Shown here piece after piece: positions 1 to 11,622 of a DNA stretch of 64,000 nt. Under the pieces are notes generated by a model. That model searched no databases, was not told where the DNA came from, and saw only the letters and a list, made by a program, of their open reading frames with translations. The stretch's first letter is position 1. Each line of letters opens with the position of its first letter. The position numbers and the translations under genes are program-made. The DNA comes from Octopus sinensis (taxonomy: Eukaryota): NCBI RefSeq assembly GCF_006345805.1, contig NC_043007.1, forward strand, positions 46,872,001 through 46,936,000, read 5' to 3'.

Positions 1-571
1 AGTATGGGATATTCCGTCATCAGAGACAATCTGGGGAAAATATGGAAAATGAGAACAGTATATATCAATAAGATGACACCAAAGTGGAAAGGAGTAAAAG
101 AGTAAGGAGATGGAAAAAGAGAAGAAAAAAAACATAAAAGTTCATAGTTTAACTTTTCGAAATTTGGAATAATGAACTTTTATGCTTCTTCTTTCTTCTC
201 TCTTTCCATCTCCTTATTCCTTTACTCTTTACTCTTTGTTATCATCTTATTGATATATACCATTCTCATTTTACATATTTTCCCCAATTTGTCTCTGATG
301 ACGGAATATCCCATACTCGAGGATATCCCAGAAACAGCTCTAAGATTTAGAATTTCTTCGTATAATAATATTCTTTATGACTTGAGATATTTGCCTTGCC
401 TTGATGATTGACATCCTGTGTAAAAATTACATATCCACTGAATCGGAAATCTGCAATGGCTCGAAACTACCGTCTAGGCTATAAGTCGGAGCCCCAGTAA
501 TCCGCTACAGCACTTATCTAGCGAACCTAATCGTTTAGATCACCAGTGAAAAAAACTCCCCACAATCTGTA

Positions 572-602
<31 letters not shown>

Positions 603-1069
603 AGCAATAATAAATCTCTGGGCGAGGTATAAACAGTAGCTGCATGATTTCGAAGCATTGCCGTAAAGAACGGATGTGAGCTACACTGCTAAAACTTAGT
701 GTGCATTCACAACAGAGTTCAAGGTCAATCAGTGCTAAGTGACTTTAATCGAAGCGCTTTAGTTTCGCTACTATAGCAACAATCCGGATACTTATTTGTC
801 AGACGATGTGACTGATAATGTTTCTTACTCTAACGCTGCTTCTGTTTCCTATTTGAATTTATTATGCATTGCTCATACATAACCGCACATGGTTTGCATG
901 TTATATGCATGTAAGTCGTGGACTGGCGAATTTATTTTTATCTGGTCTTGTTCGGGTACGTGGTGTTGATAAGACACTAAAATAGCGAAACATCCAATAT
1001 AACCATAAAGCTGACTCCTAATTCCTAGATGGGATTAGGAGTCAGTTATCTCGGTTTGATCAAATGTAT

Positions 1070-1215
1070 ACAAAAACGGAGACTAAGACTGGCGTAGGAA
1101 CAACACGCAAGTGTATTAGTTTGAATCTCGGGTAGAACGGAAAAGTCTTGTTTCGACCCTATGCTTTTCGACAAAGAGGAATAAGGGGAAGTAAATAGAG
1201 AATAAACAAAAAAAA
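1070..1215 (-). mobile_element. Degenerate copy of repeat family 'P1' (putative Penelope-like terminal repeat with hammerhead-like motif)
   Basis: Aligns by eye with 31836-32015 and 42545-42660 (gtgtattag...ctcggg...aagtctt..gtttcg...gcttttcgacaaagaggaataag). The GTTA after GAAAC is deleted in this copy. Confidence 0.55.
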
Positions 1216-1257
1216 ACGGGTTCATTTGAGTTGTCCATCATGTCGATTGAAAATGCA

Positions 1258-1335
<78 letters not shown>

Positions 1336-1405
1336 CGGGAACCAACATGACAAATACACATCCCTACATCTATATATACCTACAGATTCATATACATACA
1401 TACCT

Positions 1406-1438
<33 letters not shown>

Positions 1439-1520
1439 CATACATACATATATACATATACATACATATATTTATACATACATATATTCACACATATATA
1501 CATATATATATATACACGTA
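1258..1520. repeat. Compound (AC)n/(AT)n/(ACAT)n microsatellite
   Basis: Direct reading; source of the HT/YI/CV ORFs in the track. Confidence 0.95.
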
Positions 1521-3244
1521 TCGATGTACATATACTGTAACAAATGGATGATAATTAGAATATTGATACAGGTGAGGATCAGTCTGTTAATTTTGAGCTA
1601 CTTGCAGAAAAAGATTGGCTTCCCCGATTCAAAATTATCCGTGATCCAGTTGCCTAGCGAAGGATTGCATATTCTTACAGGTGTGTGGTATATGATTATC
1701 TCTATATACCATACTATTGAATTGGCAGGGTGGATTTTATTGTTTAGGACAACATTATACCTTCTCGGTACTGTTTGAGATGAAAGCAAATCTCAGTGTA
1801 AACATTCAGCATTATGGTTATATTGAACATTATGAAATATCACTAAATTTATTTAAGACTAAGATTTTGTCTGAGACAAAATTTAGTACCAACTGTAGCA
1901 ATCTGAGCCAAAAGTTAGACACTTCCTTCACTGTTTCGAGATTAAATTATGCTAGTCTGTCAACGCGTCTTCTTGCGTGCGTATTTGCATATGGCTCTTA
2001 CATCTGTCGTTCTTGAAACCGTGTTGCCTCTCTTCACAATTGTGCACAAGTAATATTTCTGTTAGTACATATTTAGCGTTATTTGATATCAGGTATTGGA
2101 AACTAATAATCTCATATAAGGAAGCGCCCGGTTAAGTTGAAAAGAATTGAACTAGTCATCTTCGTTGTTTCCCACATTATCTTATCTATGAAACTATTAG
2201 TATCGAAAGATGTATCCCCATTTTCTTTTTCATTTAACTAATCAGATGATGCTTAGCACCGTAAATGAAATACTATAGAAGAATAGAATTTATACACATA
2301 TATTTTATATGGAATATTTTGCTTTAACAGCCAATATTCACTATAATTTGTGAAAGAGGAAGAATACATTTTATGCATTAATTTTGACAAAACTGTATCA
2401 ATGGTTACCTCTTGAACATGAGATCATATGATAATTGATAATCAAACTGTCCAAGTGGTTCATGAGTTTTGTTATCTTACAAGTTTTATTAGAAATCGAT
2501 GCGATGAGAGCAAAGAGATAAAAAGAACTGCCGTAGCACATGTTATCTCTTTAAGACATATTGGGAAAAAATCCATCAATAAGAAAAAATAGTTAAAATT
2601 TTAAAAAGTTGGAAACACTTTGATATTTTCATTTGAAACATACCAATAACAATGCAACACTCTTAAAACGCTAATAGAAATAAGATAGAAAAAAATTAAG
2701 TCAAATGAAAAAAAAAAGACATATCAGACAGTCTATGACCAAATTGAATTTGACTAACGTCTTGTAAATACTTTGGGCAAAGAGAAACATAAATATTTCA
2801 GGCATCTATTAAGAGCAGGAGATGGTCAGGTTTTAGTCATTATATAATTAGGGTAGTAAGAGCATCTGATTTATGATGTACATAATAGGATTAAAAATAA
2901 AGCCAATAATAAGACCAGTAGAAGATAGAGATACATAACGTACTTCTGGAGAAGCGAAGACATTTCAAGGGTTAAAGATTAAGAAAGGTTAGACATGTTA
3001 TATGTTGCATCCAGAAGTAGCTGTGTGTTTAAGACTTTCGCTTCAAAACGGATGGTCCCGGAGATGATGACACTATGTACCAAATTCGATGTTTTCTGAT
3101 ATAGCCGTGAGTTATAATTTCACGTAATTCGAAATAAGTTTACGTAAACTGTGGAAATGCCCGTCTTATACGTACACACATGTATACATACATAGGTTCA
3201 TACATATATTTACATATGTTTATATGTATGAATGTATATATTTA

Positions 3245-3365
3245 TCGAATTTGCCTTTCATGCTTTGGACTTGATAAAATAAGTTGAATTCTGGTGTCGA
3301 TGAAATCGACTTACCTTCTCATCTGGACTTGATATGATAACCTTCTGCCAAAATTTGAAACCAAT
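3245..3365 (+). mobile_element. Decayed fragment of SINE family S1
   Basis: tcgaatttgcctttcatgctttggacttgataaaataag resembles gtcaactttgctttcatcctttcggggttgataaattaag at ~46405. Confidence 0.4.
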
Positions 3366-6299
3366 ATGAGACTATACATTTATAAGCTTATACAAATGTG
3401 CTAAAACTCTTACGAATTTGCAGGAATAGTAGAAGAATGGTTTTCTATCACGGGGTTTTGTTAAAAGCAGAAGAATACTTAGTGTATTATGGAAGAAATG
3501 AAACAAAGAGTGAATGAAAGCTAAGTCAATCTTAGTCTGCTTCATTCAGAGCAGTTTATTGGTGGTGGTGGTGGGGGGCGTATTTCAGAGCAAAACAATT
3601 TCAGGAAATCTTGATAGCATTCAAGATTTCGCATTTTCATATAAGTTACACATAGTTCCATTTTGATATGCCTTCTCGAATTTTCTACTTACTGTCAAAT
3701 GTACAATCGTGAACTACTAAGTGCGCAAAGAAAATCGATAATGTATTGCCTAGAAGCTCATGTAAATATAGCATTTATCATTTATGATGTGAATAGGCTG
3801 AATTCCGCTTTATATATTATCGGCTCTGCATTACATCGTGAGCATGCAATGGGGCTTCTGCGAGTGCGTGCAGTTTCTGTAAATGTAGATGAAATTTACA
3901 TTATAATAACATATTTTGGATGCATAGCGGGGAAACTGTTCGATGAGGAAGCTTCTATCTATCATAGAGAACTTCGGGCAATATTTTATTCAAAATATAA
4001 TGAAAATAAGGTACAAACGGAAAAGTATTTTAGGATAGTATGTAGTTCAATAGGTAAAAATGTGAGCGTATAGGTTATCATATATTCAAACTCACCGACG
4101 GTTAAATTATGAATAGACGTATTTGGTAAAGATTCACTCGTTCAATGAGATTTTAGAGGAACTCCATCCGAGATAATCATTAAAATGTTCATAATGGTAA
4201 TACTAGTAGTGATATCTATTTTTATGGAGAAATTATCAAAGGTGCAAAAAGAATATTTTCTGAATAATTCTAGTATATGGCTGATTGCATGTTGCGAAAA
4301 CGCAAGGCAGCAGCTCGAAATAGATTCATATCTGAAGCAGTAGATATTCTATTTAGCGCGTCTCTATATAGAGTAGGCAGATATAATTCTGTAGAGCTGA
4401 AGAGACAGAATGGAATGCATTCATGCTGACATTGAAGAAACATGTCACATCTGGTTTCGTGGACCAGTGGGGGTGGTTTGATGAAGAGCAGAAACCTTTG
4501 AATGCATAAACGGTATCATCGACATTATCATATACATGTCTCAGAATTCGAAGGAAATCAAGAATTGTAATAAACAGACATTAAGAATTCGACAAATAAA
4601 ATTAGTCTATGAATAATTGCGTGAATTTGCATCAGTGAGTATAGCTAATTCAATAGGGAAAACAAATTACAGCGCCACGAATATTCTATTGCTTGAACTT
4701 GATTGCCTTCCTAACTTTATTATTAATATTTCTTGAGATGTTGCCGTTAACGAAACCTACTACCGTTACTTTGCTGATTATTTGATCTGCATTATAGATA
4801 CTAGGCAAAAGTTTCTTTGATAGATTCGAAGCATGTAACATTTAATAATTTATCTTTGATCTCTGTAAATACTTTGTCTTCATGCTTAGAATTTGATTTC
4901 ATAAACAAATATATTGGGAAAATATTTCAAAGATGAATTAAAAATTCTAGAACATTGACGCACTGCATATTGATAAGGATAATGATGCACTTTTCGAGAG
5001 TGAACGAAGGAAATAACATAGGTAGGTAATTAGCTGCATCTAGCTATTAACCTACATCATTATAAATGATCTTCCCTGGTGTTAGGAAACAAGTCACATT
5101 TTTACCTCGATGACAGAGTAGTATCATATTATATTATGGAAATATTAAGTACAAAATAGAACTGCAACTAGACGCTTACCTGCAATTAGACAGGTTCTTA
5201 GAATCAGAAACAGTCCTACTAAGTATTAACCTACATTACAAAATCTTTTATCTTTTATGTTAGCTGTAGTTGAGGTTTGTATCACTAGAAAAATGCAATA
5301 AAAGTATCTAAAAATGAGTCTATGCGTATTAAACGTTCTATTGAAGCTGCATCAGAATGAGTTATTTGCATAACTGAAATCAAAATGTGTCAAACTTGTC
5401 GCCATCATTCTAACGGCAGAAATTATCCAGGCATGATAAATAATCTATTATTTTATTTCATGACTACCATAGACATGGTTGACTAGAATCATGTGAGACA
5501 TTAAACAAGAAGAGACAAAGACAAATACATCAAACAATTTATTCCCTTTATTCTTCATTTTTGTTTCATATTACCATGGTAGGCTCCTAATTTAGAATTA
5601 TCCAAATGACATATTTTCTTTAATCAGTCAAGCATCTTAATCTATTCGTTTAATTCTCCTTTTTAGATACATAATTATTGTTGTTGTTGTTGTTTCCAAA
5701 TTGTTCTCTATGGTTGAAAATATTATTATTAATTTTACATCTAATTCACCATTCAATATATTTTATACTTCGTTCAGTATTCACTGCTATGTATCACCAG
5801 ACATATAATTGGTGCAATTAATTGTGTCGACAGTGAGAGAAAGTCAGTGACTACTACTAAATCACTCTTATTAACATTTCATAATCAACGTCTCATAATG
5901 ATTTGCAGTAATTATATTCATATATCTTATGAAAGTAATTTGAAAAACTTTGCGTCAGAATTTATACGAACTTTATTTAAATATTCTTTCTATAAAACAC
6001 GATGCATAGATAAGAAGCTGATATATATCTCCAAGCCTTTACTGTATATCATTTCTGAAATGTTATGATCTAAGTGTATCTTGGAAAAAGGCAGAAGGGG
6101 AGAAAGCGTTTTATTTATTCATTTTTGATTACACCACAAAATTGTTCCATCTCATATATTTTTCTTGAAATGTGTATGTGTGTGAGAGAGATTATTGTTA
6201 CTTGAAGTCACTATGTATGTGGGATTCTTCAAGCAACAACTACTTTATATATTTCATCAGAATAGGTACAGGAAATATGCTTCATAATATTATACATTT

Positions 6300-6500
6300 G
6301 GGTAAAATAGCTTGCGGACAAAATAGCTAACGGCATTTCCACCGTCTTCATGTTCTCGGTGCAAATTTCGCCGAGGTCGACGTTGCCTTTTAACCTTTCG
6401 GGATCGATAAGACAAATACCAGTTGTATACTGGTGTTCATGTTTGCGACTTACGCTTTCTCTAAGAATTGCTGACTCTGCGTCGTAATTTAAAGGTAGTA
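6300..6500 (+). mobile_element. tRNA-derived SINE family S1, decayed copy
   Basis: cgtcttcatgttctcggtgcaaatttcgccgaggtcgacgttgcc...cctttcgggatcgataag matches the copies at 46335 and 51150. Confidence 0.6.
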
Positions 6501-8053
6501 TTAAACCTTTCGGCAAATAGGTGTACGTCTCGGTTAATCATTAATATCTCTTGGTGATCAGGGTAAGGTAATTAGCTCTGAAGTTGGCTTTAACGAAAGG
6601 TCGTACTAACGAAAGGCAGGCTCTTTCTTGCACTTTGTCGTCGACAAGTCAGTTATAACTACGGCATCTCTTTTGAAATGCAGTTCTCAAACATATGGGT
6701 GGAAAATTTAATCTGATATGCGTTGTGTTTGTGTTCGAATTTATACGTATGCGTGTCCGTCTGATTGTGGATGCACGTGTAAGTGTTTTCGTGTTTTTAA
6801 ATATGTGTCAATGGGAAATATTGCATACGAATTGTTAATTATGCACGTACATGCACATGCACTCACGTATGTGAGTTGGTGCTTAGATTTCTGCAATGCG
6901 CCTGAAGTTTTCATACATGTGTACATAAGAGTGAAATAATACACATGTCAAAGCAGTTCACACTGGTGTTGGAGCGGATGTTATGAATTATAATCAAGCA
7001 AATTATGAGATCCTTATCATTAGTATGATCAAATCATATTTCAATAGTAAATACAGAGAATCGGCATAATACACAGTGATCTATTATGTCAGTGTAGATG
7101 AGTGATGCCTGATTAAGACCAGACACAATTTACTCAGACGCAACGATTCTGCGTGATTATCGTAGTCAAATTACAAGATAAAATTGCTTTAACACAATTT
7201 TGTCATATTGGATTATTTTGAGATATTTGCTGGTATCAAGTCTTCCAAGAACTGTTCTGAGGGCTATTTTTACAGCTCAATTCGGTCACTTGAGTTATTG
7301 ATGTATTAATATACTTATAAATGAAGTAGCATACATATAAGCACTCAATCAGAAATACAGTAACCCATTCACATATTCAAATATACGATCATATTACACT
7401 TGTACACAAAACTAAAGACCCATCTAAACACAGATGTGTACGTGTGTAAATATATATATATATATATACACGCACAGACACACTCACACCACAGACACAC
7501 ACGCACACACACACAAACATATTTATTTATTTATATAACGTAAACAAGTGGCCACATCGAAGTAGAAGACGAATGTTACTAGTAGTTTAACCCCAGGCAG
7601 ATTATTCGCCAGCTGGTTTCCGATGCACGATTTGCCTCCTTTGTATAGAATACATTGCAAGCAGGGGTAGCGAATCCGTACTAACACTGCATTAGCTAAC
7701 AGGAACGTGGGACTGGCCCAGTTTTGAGTTTGTTGGCCTTTCGTCAGTCCCACACACATGCGCAATGGAGCGATGCCTAAGATCCGCTCCTGCCATCAAC
7801 ATATTGTAAACAAAGTGACCACCAGTCCACTGATTTGCTGGAAGCAAAGTAGCTAGTTATAAAAATCTCAAGACGAGGTAGAGTACGAAATGTACGAAAA
7901 TGTAAAGAAGTTGCCACATCGAAGTAGCAAGTGAATGTCACTACTCTATCTCGATCAAATCTCCTGCGAGATAACATGAAAATCCTTCACAACAATGTAA
8001 CCTTCATTTGACGAAGGTATGATTGTTTCTCGTTTGGGTTAATTAAGCTATGA

Positions 8054-8104
<51 letters not shown>

Positions 8105-8164
8105 CTCTATGCGGTGTACTTAATACAATTTTGGCGTGTAAAGGTATTATTTCATTCTTTAAAA

Positions 8165-8440
8165 TAGAATCTTAACTTCCCACGTACCACAAGCACAATC
8201 CTATCTTTAACAAACCCACTTTGAGATTAACCTATTCATCTACACCAAATATAGAATCTATTATCACATTGCCTAACAAGCGTAAACTTAGCTGTTACTA
8301 TCTAAATGCAAATAAACCTACCGTAGACGTACACAATGAAACCATTAACACCGATCGCAATAACACTTTTAATATCCCTGGCCTGACCAATTTAAACAAC
8401 TTAAACATACATGATATACTACCCACCTCGGAGGGTTGAG
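8165..8440 (+). pseudogene. Penelope-like element (PLE) ORF remnant, region between RT thumb and GIY-YIG
   Basis: Translates to FP..HKHNPIFNKPTLRLTYSSTPNIESIITLPNKRKL, resembling the PLE motif FP..H..HKIFNxNTxKxSYSCxPNxxSIIxxHNxxxL. Match recognised from memory. Confidence 0.55.
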
Positions 8441-8479
8441 GGCGCACAGCTGAAACTGACGCAAACACTTATAGGCACA

Positions 8480-8840
8480 CTGATACTAAGAATACTACCT
8501 ATATCATAACCACTGCAACTAATAATACCTATACTTCAACAACTAATAGGACTAGCAATACTATTAATACTACCACCAACGACAATATTGCCATTACTGA
8601 AAATAATACTACTACCAACACTCCTACTACAAATGTTACTACTTATAGTTGCAATAATAACATCACTAATACCACCTCCTCTACCACTGCTAATACTAAC
8701 ACTACTACCAATGATCCTACTACTCTAGCTGGTGCTGCTGCTGCTGCTGCTGCTACTACTACTACTACTACTAGTAATACTACTGCTATTATTACCACTA
8801 ATACAACTACTACTAGTAGAAGTAATGTTAATAATAATTA
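8480..8840. repeat. Degenerate ACT/ACC/AAT/GCT trinucleotide low-complexity tract
   Basis: Direct reading. Confidence 0.85.
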
Positions 8841-8849
8841 TAACAGCGA

Positions 8850-9115
8850 TTTGTTGGATGATAATGGCATTCAAAAACTTTCATAGCCAAGCCAGTCCAC
8901 AAATATGAACCCTATTGGACATCTCTGGGGCATAATGGACAAGAGACTTCATAAAAAGAAAAATATAGCATCTTCAAGTCCATATATATTTTGAGATTAC
9001 TGCATGAAACTTGACAAGAAATTCTTCAAGAGAATATTCGTCATCTGATCAGTAATATCCCTAAGGCATGTCTACTAAATATTAAATAAATTTTAACGAT
9101 TATAAGAGTGTCCAT
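8850..9115 (+). pseudogene. Tc1-like transposase C-terminal fragment
   Basis: tag cca agc cag tcc aca aat atg aac cct att gga cat ctc tgg ggg = *PSQSTNMNPIGHLWG, a decayed WPxQSPDLNPIExLW motif. Confidence 0.55.
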
Positions 9116-9179
9116 TTATGTATGTATGTATGTGTCTATGTCTCTGTGTGCCGCGCGTTGGCTTTGGACAAAATAATGG

Positions 9180-9390
9180 AAGCTCTTTGTCAAATGGAAG
9201 CTATATATTTCCATTCAGGTTTGGTCCACCTTTGGCCTCAATCATAGCTTTAATACGTTCAGCAATCGACTCCGAACTGTTACTAGCTGCATTTTCAATC
9301 ATTCATTAAGTTTTCTTGAGCGGATTTAGTCACTGCTTTTCCAGCGTCGAAGATGAAGAAATGACTTTTCTCAAATGTTGCCCTAAATGA
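9180..9390 (-). pseudogene. Tc1-like transposase C-terminal fragment
   Basis: Minus strand gives SIAERIKAMIEAKGGP, resembling the Tc1 terminal SMPxRxxAVIxAKGGxTxY. Confidence 0.5.
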
Positions 9391-10010
9391 TAAGGATGAT
9401 GGTGGTGGTAGTGATGGCGCTGCTAGTGATGTCGACGGCGGTGACGGCAGCGCCGGCACCTGTGGTATTCGCGCTGGTGCTGGTGGTGGCAGAGAAATCT
9501 AAGTGCACTACTTTTGTCTTCCGTGAATCGAGCTGGAAATCTACGCTACCATTAGAGAGTGATGTTCATATGATAAGATAGAAACTATTAGCCAATATAC
9601 TGATAAAATTTGAAAACATTATTAAACAACCGACATTTACATATTTTGCGATCTCTTTCTGTGACCTTTGCTTTTCGTCCAGAACTATGCTGGCCAAAGC
9701 ATATTTTATCTTGGCTTTGAAATAGCAGCATTAAATTACATGATTTTTGCAGAGACTGTTTCACGAAACATTAAATAATTCCTAAGTTTTAGTGTCAGGA
9801 ACCCCAGCCAACTGCGCACCAATGATTGCCTCTTGTGGAAAGGTGACAGGACATATTGCATAAATATAGCAACGTTGCAAAATAGAAAGAGAAAGGTAGG
9901 GCTATAACATGAATTTTAAGACAAATACAGCTTTAAATTTATCGTATTCCCAATAGAAAAATAGGTCAAGAAACATTAATGCTCAATAGTTACATATATG
10001 TATATCACTG

Positions 10011-10320
10011 CCACTCCATCGGTTTCGAAGATGAGGGACCCAGTTGATCCTTTCAACACAATGGCTTGCTCATGGTATTAACGTGCAAGTGGCTGAGCAC
10101 TCTGCAAGCACGCGTACCTTTACGTAGTTCTAAAGGAAATTCAGTGAGATACAGAATGTGACAAGGCCGGCACTTTAAATTAGAGGTACAACTAATTTTT
10201 GTCAGCTGTGTGGATTGGAGTATCGCAAAATAAATTGTGTTACTCAAGGACACAACGCGTTACCTGTAATCGAACATGCGACCTTACGATCATGAGCCGA
10301 TTACTCCAACCACTAACAAC
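10011..10320 (-). mobile_element. tRNA-derived SINE, decayed; shares its 3' body with 37900-38280 and its core with 53658-54000
   Basis: Minus head gttagtggttggagtaatcggctcatgatcgtaaggtcgcatgttcgatt (B-box-like GTTCGATT), core gttgtgtccttgagtaac, then a body matching the reverse complement of 38110-38280. Confidence 0.75.
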
Positions 10321-10807
10321 AAACGCACAGACATACACACACACGCGCGCGTTAACACAATCACAAACACAGTCCTATAATCACAAACACACAATCATTT
10401 GTATTTTAAGTCAAAAATGATCATCACACCGTACTGAAAAATTTCGCAGAAATCGTTTCGTAGGAGTGATTTAATTTCCAGTTGATTTAATATTCTCTCA
10501 ATCGACACCTGCTCACACTGTGTCGTTCAGGCTAATAGCATCCGTTAGTCTTTTTTTTACATTATTACTCAAAATTGAATTGATAAATTCAGAATGGAAC
10601 ATTACTTCTGTTACTTGTATATTTGATTTCCTCGTTAATATTATTTATAGTAGCATATATGAATTTCTGTTTCTGAGTATATGTATATCAAAATTCGTCT
10701 AAGGCACTGTGATAAGAAGCTATCGAAAGTTGTCACGTAGCGCTATTAAACTAGAAACCAATACATTTAACAATAGACTGCCCTTGCCTGCACTTATTTA
10801 TTTATTT

Positions 10808-10975
<168 letters not shown>

Positions 10976-11389
10976 TGCCTTTTTTTTTCCTCTGTCTATC
11001 TATCAGTACATATACGCGCACGTATATAAATGTAGATCCATTCTTCTCGTCAGGAGAACTTTCCTGTACACAGGAATTAACACAAAAAACATACATTGGG
11101 GTTTAGCATGTGTCTCGATAGGCAAGAATAATATGTCAACGTCTAACTGCACAATTCAAATTCTGAATTCAAATGTCATGCCAGCGTTTATGAGAATATA
11201 TATATATATATATATATACTTTTTCTGACCCATTTGAGTTGAGACATTATTATTGTACACTGATATTTTTCCTATCTTGTCTGTAATGGATTTGTGACTA
11301 TTCGGTGGTACAGAACTATGTTTTGACTTCTATCATTAGCAATATAGGTACTCATGTAGTACCCTTATGTATATATGTACATATCTAAT

Positions 11390-11445
11390 ATTGTATGTAT
11401 ATATATTATATATATATGTATATATATATATATAGATATATATAT

Positions 11446-11478
<33 letters not shown>

Positions 11479-11622
11479 GCATGTATGTAATGTATGCATA
11501 CATACATACATACATGCATACATACATACATACATACATACATACATGCATACATACATACATACATACATACATACATACATACATACATACATACATG
11601 CATACATACATACATACATACA
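11390..11622. repeat. (AT)n + (ACAT)n microsatellite
   Basis: Direct reading. Confidence 0.95.

Noticed and set aside
1116-1778. ORFs rich in YI/HT/CV, and similar ORFs throughout (LSIY, MYVC, poly-I/K/R/S/T)
   Set aside because: They are translations of di-, tri- and tetranucleotide microsatellites that lack stops by construction.
3663-4073. 136-aa ORF in unique sequence
   Set aside because: No recognisable motif or convincing splice context; compatible with a chance ORF.
6560-6610. CTGAA-GTT(GGCTTT)AAC-GAAA-GGTC hammerhead-like string
   Set aside because: The core lacks G8-A9, stem III has one pair, and there is no stem I.
7707-7805. Two hairpins followed by ACA, resembling an H/ACA snoRNA
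   Set aside because: No ANANNA H box in the hinge, and the second hairpin is too short with no pseudouridylation pocket.
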